A stretch of DNA of 64,000 nucleotides from Squalus acanthias (taxonomy: Eukaryota). The notes below the pieces were generated by a model, which was not told where the DNA came from, did no database searches, and saw nothing but the letters and a program-made list of their open reading frames with translations. Numbering within the stretch: the first letter of the stretch is position 1; each line of letters opens with the position of its first letter. The stretch covers positions 65,288,001 to 65,352,000 of the forward strand of contig CM059432.1 of the NCBI GenBank assembly GCA_030390025.1, written 5' to 3'. The position numbers were made by a program, and so were the translations under genes. This document shows positions 53,436-63,090 of this stretch, one piece after another.

Positions 53436-53452
53436 TGGCGACCGCGGCAGGA
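53436..53452 (+). promoter_or_regulatory. Primer binding site, tRNA-Arg(TCG)
   Basis: TGGCGACCGCGGCAGGA, 4 nt after the LTR, is complementary to ..TCCTGCCGCGGTCG-CCA, the 3' end of vertebrate tRNA-Arg(TCG) as I recall it. Confidence 0.85.
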
Positions 53453-53472
53453 TGCTAGGTTGTGGATTAGAT

Positions 53473-55136
53473 ATGGACGGTTTGGAGGGCAAGAGTTCCG
53501 GAATGGAGGACAGAGGTTCCTCCTATGTATTTAAAAAGGTTAACGTATCCCAGCAATGGGTGCTGGAGATGTTGTGCTCTGAGAGTCCCCAGGATAGGGC
53601 CGCAGAGTGGACAGGGAGCAAGGAGCACAGGAGTCCAAAGAGAAGGTGATTTGGCTCCTGTGCTTCCAAAAGCAAGTTCAACTGCTCTGGGAGCAGGTTG
53701 AAAAGCTCAAACACGAGCTGAAGGAGTCTGAAGACAAGTCCGACGTGAGGGGGATAGCTGGGAGTAGATTAGTGGAGGAGTTGCCCGAGGAAAGACAGGA
53801 AAGACGCGCACAGGAAGAGACATCCCGTAATATGGGGGAATACCTGCGGTGCCAGGTTATGGAGGCCAGGTTAAATGAGCAGGCCTTACGGGAGGAGAAC
53901 GCAAGATTAACAACGAGAGCTGATGGTTTGGAGGGTCAGCTAAGGGACATTAAAATAGCTCATAAGGTAGCTAGAAGTAGGGGCTATGAAAACTCTGATC
54001 ACGGTCCCTGCGAAGAAAGGATTAAAAAATTGACCCAAGCCTTGTCTGGGGCCAGAGGCATGGTCTATTTAATGGCACCTGGGGAAACCTGGGTGGAGTG
54101 GGATGAGGAGTGTCAGGAAACAGAGGATAAGGTTCAGGACAGGGAAGTCCCACCGGCGCCGGAAGCGCCACCGAGACCAATGTATCCTCTGCGGCAGCAA
54201 AAGTACGGTCCACTCACACCAAACGGTGACCAGGGCCCGCTGCAGAGCGATTACGTGGTCCCATTCACCACCCTGCAGTTGCAAGCCATGGTAGCAGAGT
54301 TGCCTAAACTAAAACAGGACGGGGACCCCTCAGTTCACTTTACAGAGGTCGAGCAGGTAGGGGGATCAACGGGTGTAGTGAGGGTGAGATCCACAGGCTG
54401 ATGCTGCTCTCCCTTGACGGGAAACTGTATCAGAGCCTGTCCGCAGCCACAAACGGGGCGAGGCACCACAGAGGGGTTGAAAGAGGAGATCCTGAGAGTC
54501 ATGGGGCATACCCAGGGTAGTCCGTTCTCACAAGTGGAACAGTTGGCCGGCGAGGCACCGGCTGCATTTGCGGACAGGCAATGGCCGGTGTACGCAAAGG
54601 CAACTGGAGGTGTGCCAGACCGCGCGCAACTGGTAGGGGTCCCCAGAAATCACTGGCTCAGGACCCTGGTAGCAAACAGCCTGCCACGGATTAAAGCCAA
54701 GGCAGAAGCATGGTTTGACTCCAAGAACCTCGCGAACACGGAGGCAGGCGTGCTCCGGAAATTGGGCTTAGCTTTTAGGGCCGGTTCCGGGGAGTAGGTC
54801 AAACACAAGGGGAGGGTACATGGGATGAAGGCCAGTAAGGGGGATAGGAAGGAATGGCGTCAGGAAGGGGGTAACGCCAACAAGTCTAAGACTTGTTTCA
54901 AGTGTGGGAAGACAGGACACTGGAGGTGGGATTGCCCGGCCCAAAAGGGGGGGTCAGGTCAAGGGGGTCCTCCCGTGCGAAAACCCCAGGTCACCGAGGC
55001 GAAGGAGGCGACCGATGAACTGTTTGATGTTCTGGTGGCCGCCCTTCGCATGGTGCTGGGGAAGGTCAAAGGAAGGCTAGACGCTGCCGTGAGCAACATA
55101 ACGCCGGCCTCACCCACATGTCCGCCTTCCTCCTGA
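53473..55136 (+). pseudogene. gag: gag: N-terminal coiled coil, capsid-like region, one CCHC zinc knuckle
   Basis: ORF pieces 53473-, 53607-54401, 54414-54797 and 54825-55136; CFKCGKTGHWRWDC at 54894-54935. Confidence 0.85.
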
Positions 55137-58100
55137 CTAGAACGCGCCCAGCCTGAGTACCTGTGTCCGCTCACTTTTGATGAGTAGGACAGGCCCTGTG
55201 TTGAGATGGGGGTGGAGACGGTGCAGGGGAGATATTTGGTGGACACCAGAGCTTCCAGCACGGTGGTCCATTCGGAAGACCCGACCAATTCACCCTGGTC
55301 TAACAAGGTCCCATTTAGCCTAATGGAATTCACAGGGAACGAGCAGGTGGGGGCAATGTCCAAACCCCTGAGAATAGAGCTAGGGTCCCTCTGCACCACG
55401 TGCAAGTGCGTGCTAATGAAATGGGAGCAACCAGGGTGTGGAGATTCCTCGGGGCTGATTTCATGTTAGCCAACTGGGTCATTGTGGACCTGAGGAATCA
55501 CTGCCTGTGGGGGGCAGTGGTCTCGGACAAGACAGAGGAGGTGATAGTAATCCCCAGAGATAAGGGAGGAGGGGTAGTGTATGCACCATGAAACCCAAAG
55601 GGAGTTACGACCTGGAACAGTTGGTTAGTAGCGCCCCAGCCCAGTACCAGGCGAATGTACGGGACAACCTTGCCGCATTCGCCACCCATAAACACGATTG
55701 TGGCAGGGTGACCGGGGTAGAGGTCCGGGTGCAAGGGGACCCCATGTCACGGCCACAAAAGCAGTATAGTTTCCCCCGGGAGGCAGAAGCCAACTTGGAG
55801 GCGGCACTGGGATCCCTGGTAAAACAGGGGGTGTTGAGACTAATAGCCACCCACGTGAACTCACCACTCTGGCCGGTGAAGAAACCCGACCAGTCGTGGA
55901 GAGCCACCGTGGACTATCGGGTCCTCAATAAGAACATCCCAGCTTGCGCGCCCACAGTCGCAGCTGTCGCCGATCTGATAGGGAGCATTCCAGCAACCGC
56001 AACCACATTCACAGTGCTGGATATCTCCAACGGGTTTTGGTCGATTCCCCTCAGACGGGAAGACCAATACAAGTGTGCATTCACTTTTAAAGGGCAGCAG
56101 TATACATGGACATGCCTTCCCCAGGGGTTCCACAACAGCCCCTCCATATTCCACCAATGCATGGCAGATGCATTAAAAGGCTTCAGCCGACCCCACCAGT
56201 TAATCCAGTACGTGGACGACCTGCTTTTGTTCTCCGCAGAGGGGGAGAACCATGGGCTACTACTGGACGAGCTGCTAAAGCTATTGCAGGAGGGGGGGTT
56301 CAAGGTCAACCCCAAGAAAGCCCAGATCGGCCAGGAGGAAGTCAAATTCCTCGGGCTGACCGTAAGGGCTGGTTAAAGGGCCATAGACGAAGCTAGGAGG
56401 AAGGCAGTACAGGAGCTACCAGCCCCCAAGAATGTGACCGGGGTAAGGTCTTTTCTGGGACTCACAGGGTACTGCCGGGACTTCATAGAGGGTTACGCAG
56501 CCACGGCAGCCCCTCTGCTTCGGCTCCTCCGCAAGGGAGTCGAGTGGGAGTGGGATCAGAACTGCCACTCTCCTCAAAGGGGATTTGCAGACTGCATCCG
56601 CATTGGGAGCCATTAACGGTGGGGAAGAATTCTTCTTAGAGGTAGTAGCCAGCGGGGATAGCTTGAGTGCAGCGTTGCTCCAGGAGCGACACGGCAAGCT
56701 ACGGCCCGTGGCCTACTCATCTAGGGTTCTCACCGAGGTAGAACGGGGATATTCCAACTGCGAGAAGCATCTCCTGGCCACGCATTGGGCTGTAAAGCGC
56801 TCACAGCCCTTTACAGGATCATCCCTGATAGTTCTACTCACCCACCATACCCCCACTTGGATATTGTTGGACGGGAGAATAAAGGACGGGACAGTGAGCA
56901 GTGCTCGCATTGCCCGCTGGACTTTATTGTTCTCGCAGATGAACTTGAGAGTGCAGGGGTTGACCGAGCCCAAGCTAGCAGCCAACATGATTTACCCAGG
57001 GACGGCCCACACGTGTACAGTAGAAGGGGTGTGGGATGTAGATGAAGGATTCTGGGCCGGGATACACCCGACGGGCCAGGACATCTATAAAGACGTGTTC
57101 TATCGTGAAGGGGGAGCGTCTCACCGGGTGCAAAATCTATGACCCTACGGCTAAAATAGCGAAGGCCATTAAACTCCCAACACCCTGAGCACTCAGCACG
57201 CCGAACTGGTGGCGGTGGCGTACGTGGTCACCCACCCCGACGAGTTCCCCACCCACTACACCATTTGCTCAGACTCTATGTTCACGTGCAACTCATGCAC
57301 GGAATACTTGGCAATCTGGGCCAGGCGCGGATTCAAGTCCGCAGATAGGAAGCCCCTAGCAACAGCACCGCTGCTAGGTAAAATTTTGGAGGCCACAGGC
57401 ACCCAGGGAGATCACTATATTCACAAAGTTAAAGCCCATTCAAAGACAGAGCCCAAGTGGGAGGGCAACCAAAAGGCAGATGAGCTGGCCAAACAGGGGG
57501 CCAGGGAAGGAGTATTCTGGGATCCCTACAAAGCAGGTCCGGTAGCCGCAATCCGGGACAAGGGAGGCACACAGCAGATAGCTTTGGCCCCCGACTTAAA
57601 GCAGGTCCAAGTCCAGGATCCCGCCCTTAAGGCCGTCCTGGTAAAGAGAGAGAATGGGGAGTCCATAGAAGGTCCATTCGGGGCAGCGGACATTAGTATC
57701 AAAGAGGGGATGCTTTTCAAAGGGGATCGGTGGGTAGTCCCAGCGCAGCACCGAGAGGAGTTCCTACAGTTGGCCCATGGGGGCCCGGGAGCGGGACACC
57801 CAGGGCCGGAAACTACTTGACAAAGGGTAGAGGAGGCAGGGTGGTGGCCCCAGCTCAGGGAGGATGTCTGAGTTTTCTGTGCGCACTGTTTGGTGTGCGC
57901 AGCCAATAACCCCGATCCGCAGCACAGGAAAGCCCCCATAGGACACACCAGGAGGGTAGAGGGGCCATGGCGGTCCCTGCAGGTCGATTTCATCGGACCA
58001 CTGCCCACCACTAAAGCAGGCAACAAGTACTGTTTAGTCCTGGTGGACGTATTTTCCAAGTGGGTGGAAGCCTTCCCCTGCTGAGCAGCCACGGCACTAG

Positions 58101-58997
58101 CAACAGCTAGAATCCTGGTGAGGGAAGTGTTCTCCCGGTGGGGGCTGCCACAGGTCGTGGAGTCCGACCAAGGGAGTCATTTCACAGGGCAGGTGATGCA
58201 GGCCACCTTAACTCTTGGGAATACAAGGGAAGTGGCATGTGGCTCACAGCCCCCAGTCATCGGGGATTGTGGAGCGCATGAACCGGACACTGAAAGAAAG
58301 ACTGAGGAAGGAGATAAGCCCGTTCCCGCAGAGATGGGACGAGGTCTTGCCTCTAGTCTTAATGTGTGTCCGGGCCAGCCCCTCCAGAAGCACAGGGTAG
58401 TCGCCACACGAGCTTATGACCGGGAGGATTCTGCGCACCCCAACCCATGTGTTGGCGCCGGTCCACACCGAAGCGCAGGTCAGGGAGGTAAACCGGGACA
58501 GGTTTGTCCAGAATCTGTACGAGACTTTAAAACAGATTCACTGGCAGGCAGCCAGTAACCTGGGGAGCCAGTACCAGAAAAATCGGCTGCTGTTAGAACC
58601 CCAGAGAACCCACGAGTGGGAGGTGGGAGACCAGGTAATGGTCCGTAATTTCGCCCGAGTAGGGGCGTTCGAGCCGCTGTATATGGGGCCCTATAATATC
58701 GTGGATAACGCGAGCCCCATAGTATATGCAGTAAAACTCCCGAAACGCACAAAATGGTTTCATGTAAACCAGTGCAAGTTGTTTAACCCCGAGGTGGGGA
58801 AAACAAAGGCCAAGAGGCACCAGGGCACAGCCATGAGCCTGGTGGACGCGGGTCTTCCTCCCATGGTGTGGGACGATGATGACCCGGAGGACGGGGCGGT
58901 AAGGAGGAGCAGTCGGGTCCCACGGCCTAGGGTGCCGTGGATGCCTCCCTTCTTGCCGACCGCGAGCCACAAGAGGCCTCAATGGGAGAGGTCTTAA
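55137..58997 (+). pseudogene. pol: pro-pol: protease, RT, tether RNase H, RNase H, integrase with GPY/F
   Basis: YLVDTRAS and FLGADF (protease); NSPLWPVKKPD, VLDISNGFW, LPQGFHNSP, YVDD (RT); PVAYSSRVL (tether); QHAEL, SDS, KVKAH, GNQKADELAK (RNase H); [33 protein letters not shown] (integrase). Confidence 0.93.
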
Positions 58998-59156
58998 ATG
59001 GGGCGCTCGTTAATGCGGCAGGGAACACTGTAAATATTTTGTAAATAATCAAAACCAGATCCGTGGAGGAAAACCCTCGCACAGAACGGAACTGTTTCGC
59101 TTTTGTTTTGGCAGGGAACCAAAGGAGATCAGAGGAACAGGGAATTTACGTGTGTA

Positions 59157-60916
59157 TGTGGGGGTCGGAACGGGTCTGCCCGGCAGGTGTGTCGATTGCC
59201 TTCTTGCGGCGGTGGCAGGATTCCGGGGCCGGGATCGGATGGGATCAGAGTGGGGACTCCTGCGTGATCCCAGACCCTCCCAACACAGTAAATTCCACAG
59301 AACCGGTAGCACACCAGAAGCCCCTGCCCACAGCCCCACCGGTACAGGAAACACAGATTAGTTGCCCCGCCACCACACCGGGACCGAGGAATGGGTTAGT
59401 GTTCATCCCGACCGGCAAGATCTTGTACCAAGACGTCCACTACGAAGTCGCATCGGTCATTCTAAATTTAACTCGGGTATAGCTGCCCCAGTGGTGTCCG
59501 GTAGAAGTTACGGGGACGTGAATCGGGAAAGTCTGTATGATTTAACGGTAAACCATCGCGTTGGTTCGGGGAGATATAGACGGGGGGTATTTAATGATGC
59601 GGCTACAGCCTTCAGCATAGGCACGTCCATTATCAACAGTATGGATGATGCACAGTTGCAGATGCAGGTCAACACCTTAAGGGACCAGCTGCGAAAGATA
59701 CTGGGGGAGGGTAACGTGCTAGAGGGGTCGGAGTTACGGGAGGACCAGGCTATGACGATACATTTAAAGGACGTCATAGCCGAGCTGGAGGCGCACGCTC
59801 AGACGATCAATAGTTTGATCAGGGAGGATCAGAATGCCTCGGCGCAGGCAGCAAAAAAAACCCGATGCGTGTGTGTTGTACGGTGCGTGGCTGCTGAACG
59901 AAGGGCACAGTAATTTGGAGGACCTACAGCAAGGTCGCGTCTCTTTGTGGGTCAGCAACCGGCACCTCACTGCGCTCAGCCCGTACGAAAATTTAATGAG
60001 CCCGTGCCAACTCCGACTGGCCTCAGCGGCATACCCGGTCCCAGTTGATTGTGGCCAGTCCAACCACACTGTAATGGGGACTGTACTCCGGATGCCAGTA
60101 ATGGGCGGGTCACCGCGGCCGGCACCGGTATACCGAGTAGAGAATATTGGCGTCCTAAGGGACGGGGTGCACATGCGACATCATGGGGCCCCACCGTTTG
60201 TTGTAAAGTGGGAGAACGCCATGACCGGCACTGACCTCAATGGATGCCAAAGCAGGGGCGCGCACGTGGTGTTGTGTCCCCAGCATTTGAATGCGTTTAA
60301 TTGGCCGGTGTGCGGGTTTGAAGCAGAGGGTGCGGAGCCCATTAATTGCACCATGGAGGTGATGGCCCAAAGCCACGTTCCACCTCAGGTAGCATATGCG
60401 GGCAGAGGGACGTACTGTGTCACGACAAGCGTGGACCAGTACTGGGTACACAACGACACTTGGTGCCCGGTCACCGATAAGACTTTCTGCTTCAAACCCC
60501 ACACAGAAGTTCAGGTGGCTCAAGAGCGCATCATTCCCATTCCAGAGCCCACCACGGTACACCTCACGGTGAACGACACGGTACAGGACCTGCAGCAATA
60601 CGTAACATGGTTCAGGTATGAAATTCCTCCTCTGCCCGAACACCTCACAAAATTAATAAAGGAAGTTGAACTCTCCCAAAAGCATTTCTATACCCTTGAG
60701 CAATGGAACAGGGAAACAAGGAATGAGATAAAAAAATTGGTTTCTTCGCCATGGTGGGACATCGGTCTGAATATCGAGATTCCCCCATGGATTCGTGTGA
60801 TTTCTCATGTGATTGTAGTAGTGCAATGTGTGTTAGTGTTTTACCTTCTCCGGTTATCATGCAGAAAGCGAAGTAAAACACTCCGAAACCGGTGGCAAGC
60901 TTTGATTAAAGAATAG
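59157..60916 (+). pseudogene. env: env-like class I fusion glycoprotein
   Basis: Three ORF pieces; furin site RYRR (59572-59583), fusion-peptide-like GVFNDAATAFSIGTSII, heptad region, Cys-rich region, N-glycosylation sequons, C-terminal TM (VISHVIVVVQCVLVFYLL) and basic tail. Start codon uncertain. Confidence 0.85.
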
Positions 60917-61103
60917 CCCGGAGTTGACTGTCTGTTTGTATATATACCTGTAACTGTGATGTGATTTGTTGTATAAAGTGTGAGATACAGGACCCTGGGG
61001 TAAAATTTGATGTACGGTTTGGTTGGGATATACAGTGCGCCTCCCGCAGCGGAAGACGACAGAACTTTTGATGATATTTCTGTTTGGGAAAAGTTGAAAT
61101 ATC

Positions 61104-61112
61104 AAAGGGGGG
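61104..61112 (+). promoter_or_regulatory. Polypurine tract
   Basis: AAAGGGGGG followed by CC and the TG start of the 3' LTR. Confidence 0.8.
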
Positions 61113-61346
61113 CCTGTAGCAGTTGGCACAGACGCCATGGATTTTTAGATTATGAACCCTTATTAAAAACTGGACAGGCTGCTTGGGGGTGGGGAAGCAG
61201 TGAAAAATCACTCAAGCTGGAGATGACTCATTCGTATGGAAACGAACTGTCCTTGGGAACAATGGCCCGAGAGGCCCACTCCCAAGTCTTGATTAACAAG
61301 GCTGATGACTCATTGTTCTGGTTAAGATGAACTCGTTATTTTAATC

Positions 61347-63090
61347 CGATAGCAAAATACTGCGGATGCTGGAAAGTTGAAACAACAACAAAAAACGCTG
61401 GAAAAATTCAGCAGGCCAGGCAACATCCATGGAGAGAGAAACAGAGTTAACGTTTCAGGTCGAAACCCTTCGTCAGAACTGAGAAAAAAGCAGGAAATGA
61501 AACAGATAAAAAAGCAAGGGGGAGGCTGTCGTCTTCCGCTGCGGGAGGTGCACTGTATATCCCAACCAAACCGTACATCAAATTTTACCCCAGGGTCCTG
61601 TATCTCACTTTATACAACAAATCACATCACAAAGATGTGCGGGTTAGGTTGATTTGGCTATGATAAATTGACCCTTAGTGTTAGGGGGGATTAAATGCGT
61701 GGGGTTACGGGGATAGGGTGGGATATGTTAGGGGGGTTTAAATACGTGGGGTTACGGGGATAGGGTGGGATATCTGTACTGTGGGGATTCTGTGATTCAC
61801 AGTTACAGGTATATATGTGGTAGGGGCCGAGGTTATGATCTGAAATTGTTGAACTCGATATTGAGTCTGGAAGGCTGTAAAGTGCCTAAACGAAAGATGA
61901 GGTGCCGTTCCTCGAGCTTACACTGAGCTTCAGTGGAACAATGCACGAGGCTGAGGACAGTGAGGTCTGAGTGGAAGTGGAGAGGTGAATTAAAGTGACA
62001 AGCGACCGGAAGCTCGGGGTCACCCTTACGGACTGAACGGAGGTGTTCCGCAAAGCGGTCACCCAATCTGCGTTTGGTCTCCCCAATGTAGAGGAGACCA
62101 CATCGTGAGCAGCGAATACAGTATACTAGATTGCAAGAAGTACAAGTAAATCGCTGTTTCACCTGGAAGGGGTGTTTGGGGCCCTGGAGAGTGGGAAGGG
62201 GGGAGGTATAAGGGCAGGTGTTGCATCTCCTGCGCTTGCACGGGAAGGTGCCGGGCGAGGGGGAAGGGGTGCTGGGTGTGATAGAGGAGTGGACTAGGGT
62301 GTCTCGGAGGGAGCGGTCCCTACGGAATGCTGAAAGGGGAGGTGAGGGGAAGATACGTTTGGTGGTGGGATCACGTTGGAGGTGGCGGAAATGGCGGAGG
62401 ATGATCCGTTGAATGTGGCGGTTGGTGGGGTGAAAGGTGAGGACAAGGGGAACTCTATCGTGGTTCCGGGAGGGAGGGGCCGGGGTGAGGGCAGAAGTGT
62501 GGGAGATAGAACGGACACGGTCGAGGGCCGTGTCGACCACGGTAGAGGGGAATCCTCGGTTGAGGAAAAAGGAAGACATGTCGGAAGCACTGGTATGGAA
62601 GGTGGCATCGTCAGAGCAGATGCGGCGGAGATGGAGAAACTGGGAGAACGGAATAGAATCCTTACAGGAGGCGGGGTGGGAGGAAGTGTAGTCCAGGTAG
62701 CTGTGGGAGTCAGTGGGCTTGTAGTGAATGCTGGTCAATAACCTATCCCCAGAGATGGAGACGGAGAAGTCGAGGAAGGGAAGGGAAGAGTCGGAGATGG
62801 ACTATGTGAAGGTGAAGGCAGGGTGGCAAAGTGAATGAAATTGTCTAGTTCAGGGCGAGAGCAGGAAACGGCACCGATACAGTCATCAATGTACCGGAAA
62901 AAGAGGTGAGGGAGGGGACCCGAGTAGGACTGGAACAAAGAGTGTTCCACATATCCCACGAAAAGGCAGGCATAGCTAGGACCCATGCGGGTACCCATAA
63001 CAACACCTTTGATTTGGAGGAAATGAGTGGAGTCAAAGGAGAAGTTGTTCAATGTGAGAACAAGTTCAGCCAGGCAGAGGAGGGTGGCGG
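61347..63090 (-). mobile_element. 5'-truncated Penelope-like element (RT C-terminus plus GIY-YIG endonuclease) with chimeric 3' region
   Basis: QIKGVVMGTRMGP, RYIDD, YKPTD, CxxxxCxxC linker, VYCIRCSRCGLLYIGETKRRL; 10-bp TSD TATTTTAATC (61337-61346) / TATTTTACTC (63091-63100). Confidence 0.92.
61445..61480 (-). ncRNA. Minimal type I hammerhead ribozyme in the Penelope tail
   Basis: Minus strand AGTT-CTGACGA-AGGGT-TTCG-ACCT-GAAACGTT-AACT: intact core, stem II with UUCG loop, stem I AGTT/AACT. Confidence 0.8.

Noticed and set aside
54959..60643. Antisense ORFs over the provirus
   Set aside because: Shadows of GC-rich coding sequence with no recognisable motifs.
59834..60916. Domesticated (syncytin-like) env
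   Set aside because: The 360-aa open stretch lacks its N-terminus because of an upstream stop and frameshifts; no sign of preservation.
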